This document shows positions 38,461 to 47,171 of a stretch of 64,000 nt of DNA, piece after piece. Each line of letters opens with the position of its first letter. Position 1 is the first letter of the stretch. A program made the position numbers and the translations under genes. The stretch is taken from contig CAZRJR010000001.1 in the NCBI GenBank assembly GCA_964600985.1, forward strand, positions 399,431 to 463,430, written 5' to 3'. The notes below the pieces were generated by a model. It worked only from the letters and a program-made list of their open reading frames with translations, was not told the DNA's origin and made no database searches. This stretch comes from an uncultured Candidatus Saccharibacteria bacterium. Its GTDB lineage: Bacteria > Patescibacteriota > Saccharimonadia > CAILAD01 > JADZBC01.

Positions 38461-39214
38461 GCGCGACTACCTCCTTTGCTAACTTCTTATAACTCTGGGC
38501 GCCTTTCGAGAACCGGTCGTAGTGACTAATCGGCTTCCCATGGCTTGGCGCCTCGGCTAATCTTATATTACGCGGAATTATGGTATCAAACAATGTGTCG
38601 GGGAAGTGATGCTTGAGTTCATTCTGTACCTGGGTAGCCAAACTGGTGCGTGAGGAGTGCATAGTTATAACTACCCCAAGGAGCGAAAGCTGTGGGTTCA
38701 GCGCCTGTCGTACCCGTTTAACCGTAGTGAGGAGCTGACCCAAGCCCTCGAGCGCGTAGTATTCACTCTGAACAGGTATGAGCAAGAACTGGGCGGCCAC
38801 CAGACCGTTAAGGGTTAGGAGCCCTAGAGACGGCGGGCAGTCAATGAGGATGTAGTCATAATCTAACTGTTCAATGGCGGCCTTAAGCTTAAATTCGCGC
38901 TGTGACAACTCAGAAAGCTCTATTTCGGCTGCGGCCAGTACCGAGCTGGCTGGCAATACAGCTAGCTTATCTATGCTGGTCGCCGCTATTACTTCGCTGG
39001 CAGGAGTACCCTCGACTAGCACATTGTATATGGTTTTAGGCAAGTTGTTTTTAGCAATTGCCAAGCCACTCGAGCTATTGCCTTGGGGGTCAAGATCAAT
39101 AATTAACACTCGGTTGCCGAGTTTAGCCAGGTACGCACCCAAGTTAATACTCGTCGTTGTTTTACCAACACCACCTTTTTGATTTGCTATCGCGATTATT
39201 CGCGTCACTCTCAC
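38435..39214 (-). CDS. parA: Chromosome partitioning ATPase ParA/Soj
   Basis: NQKGGVGKTT, DLDPQGN, IDCPPSLG, RLAEAPSHG; exact start uncertain. Confidence 0.96.
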   Translation of the reverse strand: MRVTRIIAIANQKGGVGKTTTSINLGAYLAKLGNRVLIIDLDPQGNSSSGLAIAKNNLPKTIYNVLVEGTPASEVIAATSIDKLAVLPASSVLAAAEIELSELSQREFKLKAAIEQLDYDYILIDCPPSLGLLTLNGLVAAQFLLIPVQSEYYALEGLGQLLTTVKRVRQALNPQLSLLGVVITMHSSRTSLATQVQNELKHHFPDTLFDTIIPRNIRLAEAPSHGKPISHYDRFSKGAQSYKKLAKEVVARVNKQLQQ

Positions 39215-39278
39215 CCTCCGTTTCTTCTATTTGCTATCTTATCATTTTCAGGGTAACCAATCCAATCAAAATACCGAG

Positions 39279-39307
39279 TTGACGAGATTGTAGGCCAGGA
39301 GTATGAT
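39279..39307 (+). promoter_or_regulatory. sigma70 promoter
   Basis: TTGACG-17-TATGAT. Confidence 0.7.
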
Positions 39308-39352
39308 TATGCCACCACACAACTCCGTGTGGCTCCGACAGAAGGGAACCTC

Positions 39353-39787
39353 ATGACGAGGAAACTTCGTGTCGCAGCGCAGAAGGCGTGGACCGTCTTG
39401 GTGGCCTGCATGGTCATCTTGATCGCAATCGCCATCGGCTCTGCGACGATCATGGAGGCGACGAGCAAGACCGTCGCCTCGGCTCGAGCGCCCGACGCGG
39501 TGCTCACCCAGATCACGACCGTGGGAATCGTGCAGGTGGCCGCTGCGGCCATCCTGATCCTCGGGACGATCTTCCTGGCCACGCAGGTCTTCTACAAGCA
39601 GCGAAGCACGCTGAAGTCGAGGACTCGCAACGGCCTGCGACCCACGTTGGTGAGCTTCTTCGCGCGGTTCAACCTCACGGCCTCGGAGGAGGCGGACGTC
39701 GGCCATCGACACCCCCGCTCCACCTTCGGCCAGCACTCGGGCCTCGGCTCGCACGCGTTCAAGGCGTCCGTGCCGTTCCCCGTCTGA
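39353..39787 (+). CDS. Hypothetical 2-TM protein with high-GC codon usage
   Basis: ATG 39353 after GAAGGGA; third positions almost all G/C in this frame; two hydrophobic helices. Confidence 0.75.
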   Translation: MTRKLRVAAQKAWTVLVACMVILIAIAIGSATIMEATSKTVASARAPDAVLTQITTVGIVQVAAAAILILGTIFLATQVFYKQRSTLKSRTRNGLRPTLVSFFARFNLTASEEADVGHRHPRSTFGQHSGLGSHAFKASVPFPV

Positions 39788-39824
39788 CCACCTGACCACC
39801 AACGCCCCACCTCCACGGGGCTAC

Positions 39825-39863
39825 GACCCTCCGCCGCAAGCTCCAAGCTCGTGGCGGAGGGTC
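39825..39863 (+). terminator. GC-rich hairpin without a U-tract
   Basis: GACCCTCCGCC...GGCGGAGGGTC, 11-bp perfect outer stem. Confidence 0.55.
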
Positions 39864-39967
39864 TCCGCGTTATGATCAAATTGAATGTTTTTACACCAAG
39901 CCATTTACAATCAACCCCAGATCTGCTAAGATTATTTATTGACTAACTTAAATCTAAGAGGAATTCC

Positions 39968-40285
39968 ATGATTGCAGTAATCGAAGCAGGCTCCAAGCAG
40001 TACATAGTAGAAAAAGGCCAGACCATACAGACCGAGCTAGTCGGTACAGGGAATGGCTCGACTAAGTCTATGGAATTTAAGCCTCTTCTCATTATCGACG
40101 GCGACAAAGTCCACGTGGGTAAGCCAGTACTCGAAAATGCCGTAGTAACGGCTAGCGTGGCTCCAGAAGTCGTAAAAGGTGACAAAGTCGTGGTACTTAA
40201 GTACAAGGCCAAGAAGCGTCAGAGCACCAAGACTGGCCACCGCCAAAAGTACTCTGAACTCACTATTACTGACATCAAAGCTTAG
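39968..40285 (+). CDS. rplU: 50S ribosomal protein L21
   Basis: AVIEAGSKQY, KGDKVVVLKYK, GHRQKYS. Confidence 0.95.
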   Translation: MIAVIEAGSKQYIVEKGQTIQTELVGTGNGSTKSMEFKPLLIIDGDKVHVGKPVLENAVVTASVAPEVVKGDKVVVLKYKAKKRQSTKTGHRQKYSELTITDIKA

Positions 40286-40310
40286 AACTCCCCTAGCTTG
40301 CCTAAATTAC

Positions 40311-40335
40311 GCCGCTCGAAACCAGAGCGGTTTTT
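40311..40335 (+). terminator. Terminator after rplU
   Basis: GCCGCTC-loop-GAGCGGT-TTTT. Confidence 0.7.
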
Positions 40336-40350
40336 GGTTACGATAGGTTC

Positions 40351-40878
40351 ATGTATTCGCTTACGCTTTCGTTCTTTGTAGCAAACTTAGTTCATATTTA
40401 CGTACTTGTTCGACACAGACATTCCAAGCAGCCTACGATTAGCGAGCGTGCCGTGCAGAGTAATGAATCTCTAGCCCTCTACATTGTTGGCCACTTGCTG
40501 GCAGGCCTAGCTTTTGCCGGCTTCGCGTTCGAATTCTTTTGGCTTCAGTTTGGCAGTAAATTACTCTTTGCGCTTGCCCTTGGTGGAGTCACACTTGAAT
40601 GGGTACAGGCTCTCATTCCAGCCAAAGGCAAGTATGAGCCCATACATAGAGCGGTCGCATATGGCATGAGCGGCTTTGTGGTAACTCTTGGTACTCTTTC
40701 CATATTTACTTTTACGCTGTCCACATTAACCAGAATAATGCTTATTCTTCTGCAGGCAATAATTATTGCGGGTTACCCCTTGGCAGCGCGACTACCGCAC
40801 AAACATTTTTGGGTCATCCAAATGGTGAATATTAACTTGTTTTACCTACAAATGTATATATTACTGCGGGCAGGCTAG
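40351..40878 (+). CDS. Hypothetical membrane protein
   Basis: About six hydrophobic segments; -10 box TACGAT 6 nt before the ATG. Confidence 0.7.
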   Translation: MYSLTLSFFVANLVHIYVLVRHRHSKQPTISERAVQSNESLALYIVGHLLAGLAFAGFAFEFFWLQFGSKLLFALALGGVTLEWVQALIPAKGKYEPIHRAVAYGMSGFVVTLGTLSIFTFTLSTLTRIMLILLQAIIIAGYPLAARLPHKHFWVIQMVNINLFYLQMYILLRAG

Positions 40879-40885
40879 ATCTACC

Positions 40886-42397
40886 TCACGATTGGCAACT
40901 CGTTGGGGCCGGCTGAGAAGCCATGAGTGCCTTCATCCAAGCCAAAGTATCATTATAGCTTTGTACCATGGTGTCATAGTGGGTGGCAGTTGGGTAAATG
41001 GTAAGCTTAATCGGCCCATCCGCAATACTGCAAGCTCGTTGTAAGAAAGCCTGTGACTGACTCGGCAGCACTACGTTATCCCGCTGGCCGTGGTTTATGA
41101 GCTTAGGTGTTGAAGTACCTACCGTACCCGCGCGATTCTTGGCCATATCTTTGGCCAGATCGGCGTAGTTACCCGACAAGTCGCCGCGAGTGAGTGCTGC
41201 TAGGAATTCTGGCTGATACACCGCCGCTGGCACCTTACCCCAATGCGGGATCAGGGTGTTTATACAATTGGCAGCAATATCGCTACTCAAGCTTTGCTGC
41301 CACTTGGGTAGTAAGTACGAGTTCAGATTGTAATCTTTGCGGTAAAAGTCTTGATAAGAGTAAAGCACGAACGGCCCAAACCAATTAATGTTAGCACCCC
41401 TAGTAATGTCGGTGAGCGTGGTACCGACATCAGTTACTGGGCCGAAGCCAACCAAACCCTTAATCTCTAGTTCGGGTGCATAGTCTGGAGCAATCTGATC
41501 GGCCCAAAGTGCTGCATGACCACCCTGAGAGTAACCAGCCACAAATGTGTTATTTAAGTTAATCACATTCTTGGTGCTTTCCAGGTTGGTTAGGGCACGC
41601 ACACTATCGAGTACGGCACGGCCCTCCATAGGCCCCACCATGTAGTGATGCATACGGCTAGAATCGCGCATGCCCTCGTAGTCCGTAATCACCACCACGT
41701 AGCCCTGAGCAGCATAGGCTGCCATGAGCGAATCGTAGTTAGCCCAGTTGGCTACAGCCGGCTTTTCTAAGCTCGCAGCACAGTGGTCGTCTATACCTGT
41801 GGTACCGGGAGCAAAAGCATATACCGGGGCGCTGCCATTCGCGGTCGCCTTGGCCGGCACATAGACCCGTGCGTACACCGACACTTCGCGACCCTCTTCG
41901 TCGCTCGAAGTGTAGCGTATGAGTTGCTTAGTTATACCCTGAGTGACAGGCTGTGTATAGGTTTTATTGGTTTGAGCTATGAGCTGCTTAGTAGTAGTGG
42001 CGTCGTAGGTCGTAGTAGCCTCTGTAGAGAGAATCTTACCAAACTTTGCTTTCGGATCAATCGGCTGGGTGACGCGCGTAAATATATTGCGTGACTGGTG
42101 TAGCGACCTACTCGTGAACACCGCATAGCCGAAGTAGGCCACGGCCAAGAGTCCTAGTGTGAGGCTTAACCAAGCGATGGCACGCCATACGGGATGATGC
42201 TGTTTTTTGCGCTTCACGCTCGACTCCAGTGGTGGCATATATTCGTGGGCTTTGGGTGGTGCAACTGGCCGCGACCCAGTGCGACCTGCTGACTTCTTAA
42301 CGCCCGAGCCAAATTTGGAAACAGGCTTGGTTGCAGGGACCTTATTTGGTACTGATGGCTTATTCTCACGACGGGGTTTTTCCGCTGGTTTGTTCAT
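40886..42397 (-). CDS. Membrane-anchored secretory lipase (LIP family) alpha/beta hydrolase
   Basis: PGTTG..CAAS, GYVVVITDYEG, GYSQGG nucleophile elbow, HG..DNVV, H near the C-terminus. Confidence 0.85.
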   Translation of the reverse strand: MNKPAEKPRRENKPSVPNKVPATKPVSKFGSGVKKSAGRTGSRPVAPPKAHEYMPPLESSVKRKKQHHPVWRAIAWLSLTLGLLAVAYFGYAVFTSRSLHQSRNIFTRVTQPIDPKAKFGKILSTEATTTYDATTTKQLIAQTNKTYTQPVTQGITKQLIRYTSSDEEGREVSVYARVYVPAKATANGSAPVYAFAPGTTGIDDHCAASLEKPAVANWANYDSLMAAYAAQGYVVVITDYEGMRDSSRMHHYMVGPMEGRAVLDSVRALTNLESTKNVINLNNTFVAGYSQGGHAALWADQIAPDYAPELEIKGLVGFGPVTDVGTTLTDITRGANINWFGPFVLYSYQDFYRKDYNLNSYLLPKWQQSLSSDIAANCINTLIPHWGKVPAAVYQPEFLAALTRGDLSGNYADLAKDMAKNRAGTVGTSTPKLINHGQRDNVVLPSQSQAFLQRACSIADGPIKLTIYPTATHYDTMVQSYNDTLAWMKALMASQPAPTSCQS

Positions 42398-42891
42398 ACT
42401 AGTGACCTTTTCATAATATACACATCTTGGCCACCAATAAAGCCCGGGGCTAGGCGCTCGGTAACAAAGCCTTGCCTTTCATAAAACGAGGCGTGATCGT
42501 AGGTAACCAGTTCTACACTCCTGAGGTTCTTAGCTTGCAACCAACGTGTAGATTCGTTGAGCAAGTCAGCCCCCAGCCCACGGCCACGATGATCGGGCTC
42601 CACGTAGAGCCAAAATATATCGCCGCAGTTCGAGGTGGGTCGGGTGGCGCCGATAATATAGCCCACGAGCGCTCGTCTGTGCCACAAGCCTATGAGCATT
42701 CTGTCTGGACGTATACTGCCTAGTGCTAACCGTGCAGCGCTGTTCTGACGACGAGTAGCTCGCAAATAGTCATCGCTGTAGTATGCAAAGTCATTAGCAA
42801 GCGCTGACCGAAAAAGCCTACTGAGCACCAAGCTATGCTGTGGACGCAAGTTTGAGATCCTATATATGCCGTCAATCCATTTGCTAGCCAT
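42394..42891 (-). CDS. GNAT acetyltransferase
   Basis: LYVEPDHRGRGLG, FYERQGF. Confidence 0.88.
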   Translation of the reverse strand: MASKWIDGIYRISNLRPQHSLVLSRLFRSALANDFAYYSDDYLRATRRQNSAARLALGSIRPDRMLIGLWHRRALVGYIIGATRPTSNCGDIFWLYVEPDHRGRGLGADLLNESTRWLQAKNLRSVELVTYDHASFYERQGFVTERLAPGFIGGQDVYIMKRSLV

Positions 42892-43477
42892 GTACTTCTA
42901 CCCGGTTACGTCCATCGTTTTTGGCTTTATACAAAGCCTCGTCGGCCTCCTTTATTAAGTCTTCTAGACTCAAGCCTGGGCGCATAGTTGCCACACCAAA
43001 CGAAGCGGTAACCTTGAGCACATCCACACCTACCTGGAGTCGAAGCGATTCAATTCGGGCGCGCAACTCCTCGGCAATGCTTGCCGCGTGTTCTAGGTCT
43101 GCCCCCACCAAACCGACCATAAGCTCCTCGCCACCGTACCGACCCACCACATCGATACCTCGGAGCGTATTGCGAATCGCCTGAGCAATTTCACGCAGCA
43201 CTGTATCGCCAGCGCTATGACCAAACTGGTCATTTATCTTCTTAAAGTAATCGATATCAATAAAGAGCAAGCTAAACGATTTTACGATCAAAAATTTGCG
43301 TCTATCTGGATTCTTGAGTTGAAAATCAACTTCGCCTATATAAGCCCTTAGCAAACTCATAAGTCCACGGCGATTCAGAACTAATGTAAGCTCGTCAGTC
43401 TGAGCTTGAGCCTCTAGTTCAGCTATGCGCCGCTTAAGCTGTTCTATTTTGTGCTTGTACGCCTCCTCTTGGCTCAT
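42884..43477 (-). CDS. Diguanylate cyclase (GGDEF domain)
   Basis: DELT..NRR, DIDYFKKIND.FGH..GD, RGID (RxxD), GGEEL, AD.ALY.AK..GRN. Confidence 0.92.
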   Translation of the reverse strand: MSQEEAYKHKIEQLKRRIAELEAQAQTDELTLVLNRRGLMSLLRAYIGEVDFQLKNPDRRKFLIVKSFSLLFIDIDYFKKINDQFGHSAGDTVLREIAQAIRNTLRGIDVVGRYGGEELMVGLVGADLEHAASIAEELRARIESLRLQVGVDVLKVTASFGVATMRPGLSLEDLIKEADEALYKAKNDGRNRVEVHG

Positions 43478-43478
43478 G

Positions 43479-44405
43479 CTAGCCTTCTAGATTAGCCAAA
43501 TAGTGTTCGGCTTCGAGTGCAGCCCTACAGCCATCGCCCGCCGCGGTGATTGCCTGTCGATAGCGAAAGTCCGCCACATCACCCGCCGCGAATACCCCTG
43601 GCAACTTTGTCTTTACCGACTCGATAGTTTTAATGTAGCCCTTTTCGTCTAATTCCAATGAGCCTGCGAACAATTTAGTTGCTGGCGTGTGACCAATCGA
43701 TACAAATAGTCCCTGACATGCGAGTTCACGCTCTGCACCATCTACGGTACTGCGAAGCTTCACGCCCTCCACCATATCTTTACCCAGCACATCCACCACC
43801 TCACTATTCCAAATAAACTCAATCTTGGGGTTATCAAACGCCCGCTGTTGCATAATCTTGCTTGCCCTTAAACTATCTCGACGGTGCACTACGATTACCT
43901 TACTTGCAAATTTTGTAAGCACGTCGGCCTCCTCCATAGCCACATCGCCACCACCAACCACCACTACTTCTTTGTCGCGGAAGAAGAAAGCGTCACAGGT
44001 GGCGCAGGCGCTTATACCATGGCCCATAAGTCGTTGTTCGTTCTTAAGCCCCAACCAATTGGCCGAGGCGCCGGTAGAAATTATTACTGTCCGCGCCTGG
44101 TAAAGCTGCTCGCCCACGTATACTTTTTTTGTTTCACTTTCCAGCTCCACCTTAGTAACGAATTCACTTATTAGCTCGGTGCCAAAGCGCTTAGCCTGAT
44201 CGCGCATCTCGTCCATAAGTGAAGGCCCCGTGATTCCGTCTTTAAACCCCGGGAAGTTCTCTACCTCGCCTGTTAAGAGCAGCTGCCCACCTGGCGTATC
44301 GCCAGCAATCATGAGTGTACTCAAACTGGCGCGCGAAGTATAAATAGCAGCCGTGTAACCGGCTGGCCCGGCCCCAATAATTATTACGTCATAGGCTTTA
44401 CTCAT
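43479..44405 (-). CDS. trxB: Thioredoxin reductase
   Basis: GAGPAG, CATCD, GGGDVAMEE, GDV..YRQAITAAG. Start ATG 44405. Confidence 0.97.
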   Translation of the reverse strand: MSKAYDVIIIGAGPAGYTAAIYTSRASLSTLMIAGDTPGGQLLLTGEVENFPGFKDGITGPSLMDEMRDQAKRFGTELISEFVTKVELESETKKVYVGEQLYQARTVIISTGASANWLGLKNEQRLMGHGISACATCDAFFFRDKEVVVVGGGDVAMEEADVLTKFASKVIVVHRRDSLRASKIMQQRAFDNPKIEFIWNSEVVDVLGKDMVEGVKLRSTVDGAERELACQGLFVSIGHTPATKLFAGSLELDEKGYIKTIESVKTKLPGVFAAGDVADFRYRQAITAAGDGCRAALEAEHYLANLEG

Positions 44406-44505
44406 ATGTATATTATAACAGCGCATGAGGCTGTTGAGAATCTTAGTAAGATTCTTGACGGTTATGCTACAATTGCTGTAACGAATTATTTATATTTAGG
44501 GAGTC

Positions 44506-45447
44506 ATGCAGTGGCCAAAAAAAACTATACGAACACAGACTAAAACCAAAGCAAAGAAGTCTACTAAAACACTTTTTCAGCGTACCACACTCAAAGATAT
44601 CTGGAAGCAGAATAAGCTTGCCTTAACCGGTGCCGTACTTGTGACAATACTTGGCTTTGCGACGTACAGATACTTTTATTACCAAGACGCCTCGGCAGCT
44701 CTCCATGATTATTGTGGAACTAACGTTGGCAAAAAACCATGTTGGACACTCTGGGCAGACCTAGGTAAAACTACTAGCCCCGAGCCATACAATGTTGAAA
44801 TGCAAGGGCACGCCTGCTGGCAACCATTTGACCTGGCAGGCAACCAAACTCCATACACCTTAAATCCTGATGGGTCGAAAAACGTCATGGCTGCCGGAAT
44901 TGCTGTTCGAGTTTGGCCAACTTCACTTACACCACCTGGTTCACCACGCTACGAACTGCTCGCTGTAGTTGGTTCGCTAGATACGGTATCGAACGTTTCA
45001 AAATCATGGGATGAAAGAAAAGTTAGAAATGCTTCAACCTTCTATTCGACCGGCTCAAAAATCTCCCAAGATCAGCTAGCAACGCAGGCGATCTATATAG
45101 ATATGAGTGGTGGCGACGGCGGATTTGCTTCCGTACCCAAAACGACTTCGACCGGTAAAGACGTTTATATAACATACGTTTATAGATATCAAGTTGGTGG
45201 AGTATATAACTACAGGCAGTCTACTCCCGTGGCGATTTCAAAAGTATTCACGGTTGATTGCGACAACCCACCTAGACCGACCGAAGATATAACTTGGACA
45301 AATCCTGTCAGCGGCTCAAATAATGTAGATGCGAGTCCTGCGGCTATTGCTAAAACAAAAGTCAAGACCAGTAGCGGTGTGACCAAACCAAAGCCCAAAA
45401 CTAACGGCACATCGTCCAATCCACCAAAGACGAATGGCACAAAGTAA
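44506..45447 (+). CDS. Hypothetical membrane-anchored extracellular protein
   Basis: Basic N-terminus, one TM, Thr/Pro/Ser-rich ectodomain; SD AGGGAG. Confidence 0.7.
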   Translation: MQWPKKTIRTQTKTKAKKSTKTLFQRTTLKDIWKQNKLALTGAVLVTILGFATYRYFYYQDASAALHDYCGTNVGKKPCWTLWADLGKTTSPEPYNVEMQGHACWQPFDLAGNQTPYTLNPDGSKNVMAAGIAVRVWPTSLTPPGSPRYELLAVVGSLDTVSNVSKSWDERKVRNASTFYSTGSKISQDQLATQAIYIDMSGGDGGFASVPKTTSTGKDVYITYVYRYQVGGVYNYRQSTPVAISKVFTVDCDNPPRPTEDITWTNPVSGSNNVDASPAAIAKTKVKTSSGVTKPKPKTNGTSSNPPKTNGTK

Positions 45448-45459
45448 TTAGGCCCTACT

Positions 45460-46050
45460 TTACTTGGCAGCCTGTTTTGTGTCCCCGCTACACGTCTCGG
45501 GAGCCCAGAAGCCACGATTGGCTGCTTGTGCCTCGGCTTCGGCGGACTTGAACGTAGCTTGGTACTTATACGCTTGATTTTGATAGGTGTACTCATGAGC
45601 GTAACCATCCCGAATCATGCCCTCGGCGTAATTACTGCCGTCGGATAGGAACACATAGGCGAGCAAACGACCATACTTGTCGTGTTCGCCCACCTGCACA
45701 TCGTATTCTAGGCGAATAGTCTGGCCTTCTAGACGCTTATGACCCTGTGCCGAAGCCTCGCGACCAAAGCATTGCACCACCTTGCGCGGATCTACTACCT
45801 CTGGTGTGTCCATGCCTATCAAGCGAACTTTTTGTGTGCGGCCGTCAATATTAAGTTCGATTGTGTCACCATCAATCACCTTTTGAACCTTGTAAGTACC
45901 TAGCATGGCATTTGTAGCAGGCTTACCATTGGAGGCTATGGATTGCTGCTGCAGGTTAACGCCGCGATAGATTAGAAGCGCAGCAAACACCAGCGCCCCT
46001 AGTGTGCGCAGCGCTTTTTTGCGAGATATGCTTTGGCCTAAACCGTTCAC
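45460..46050 (-). CDS. Thermonuclease (SNase family), membrane-anchored
   Basis: VIDGDTI, VRLIGMDTPE, DKYGRLLAYV, A..RGFW. Confidence 0.93.
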   Translation of the reverse strand: MNGLGQSISRKKALRTLGALVFAALLIYRGVNLQQQSIASNGKPATNAMLGTYKVQKVIDGDTIELNIDGRTQKVRLIGMDTPEVVDPRKVVQCFGREASAQGHKRLEGQTIRLEYDVQVGEHDKYGRLLAYVFLSDGSNYAEGMIRDGYAHEYTYQNQAYKYQATFKSAEAEAQAANRGFWAPETCSGDTKQAAK

Positions 46051-47153
46051 GCCAACTCCCCCTTCTTACGACGCAAATATACACTCTGCACCACCCCGAT
46101 AGCAAACATGCTCACCAGCATACTCGACCCACCGGCCGAAATAAAAGGCAGCGGAATACCAGTAACTGGCATAATACCCAAGTTCATACCGACGTTAATA
46201 AACACATGGAACAGCAGCATACTTGTTAACCCAATAGCTAGTAAGCCGCCGAACTTATCGGGCGCCATTTGGCTAATCCAAAACGAACGCAGTACTAGCA
46301 CCAAAAACGCCCCAATGGTCAGCAAGCCACCTAGGAAGCCAAGCTTCTCGGCTAGCACAGCAAAAATAAAGTCGGTATGTTGCGAGGGCAAGAAATTCCC
46401 CTGGCTTTGACTACCCGCACCCAACCCTTGGCCCAACCAACCACCACTCCCCACAGCAATAATCGCCTGGTTTACATTATAGCCAGTGGTAGCCGGGTTA
46501 GCGGTTGGGTCCAAAAACGTCGCAATGCGCTGTTGCTGGTATGGTTTAAGTCGAGGAATTATGATTGGGATCATCACCACCACACTGCCCACAAGGCCGG
46601 CCAAGTACTGCCACCGCACTCGAGCAGCTAGGGCAATGGCAAACCAGATTGCCACAAACACCATGCCAGTACCCAGATCAGGTTGAGCCAATACCAAGGC
46701 GAGTGGTAAGGCCACGTACAAAAGTGAGCCGATCCAATACTTTGCTTCGTTTATATGGTCGTAGTGACGGGCAAAGTGCTGAGCCAATACGATCGCCAAC
46801 ATAGGCTTAGCAAACTCCGAAGGTTGAAATTGAAAAAACCCAATCGAAATCCACCGTGTTGCCCCCAAGCGAGTCGCGCCGAACGCGTCTACCGCCAATA
46901 GTGAGGCTACCATAACTATGTAGAGCACGGTACTGTAGTTGCGCAACACCCGGTAATCAAGCCGAGCGAAGAACAGCATTACTCCTAGGCCAACTGCAGC
47001 ATACAAGAATTGCCTACTCGTATCGAGTTGCGAGGTTACTTGAGCAGCCTTAAGCCCCGAAGAGTACAGCACGGTTAAACCAATTGCCAAGAGCACCAGG
47101 GTGCAGATAGCGACAACTAAGTCAAGCTTGCGGAGTAAGCGTAATCCAAACAT
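46047..47153 (-). CDS. rodA: SEDS peptidoglycan polymerase RodA
   Basis: GATRWI, QPSEFAK, QPDLGT, HTDFIF, GIPLPFISAGGSS; YQQQRI motif of the RodA type. Confidence 0.9.
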   Translation of the reverse strand: MFGLRLLRKLDLVVAICTLVLLAIGLTVLYSSGLKAAQVTSQLDTSRQFLYAAVGLGVMLFFARLDYRVLRNYSTVLYIVMVASLLAVDAFGATRLGATRWISIGFFQFQPSEFAKPMLAIVLAQHFARHYDHINEAKYWIGSLLYVALPLALVLAQPDLGTGMVFVAIWFAIALAARVRWQYLAGLVGSVVVMIPIIIPRLKPYQQQRIATFLDPTANPATTGYNVNQAIIAVGSGGWLGQGLGAGSQSQGNFLPSQHTDFIFAVLAEKLGFLGGLLTIGAFLVLVLRSFWISQMAPDKFGGLLAIGLTSMLLFHVFINVGMNLGIMPVTGIPLPFISAGGSSMLVSMFAIGVVQSVYLRRKKGELA

Positions 47154-47171
47154 TACGCTCTATTATATAGC

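Noticed and set aside
39266-39879. Several overlapping long ORFs on both strands
   Set aside because: Expected from high GC3. Only the + frame ending at 39787 has a promoter, SD, codon bias and TM pattern.
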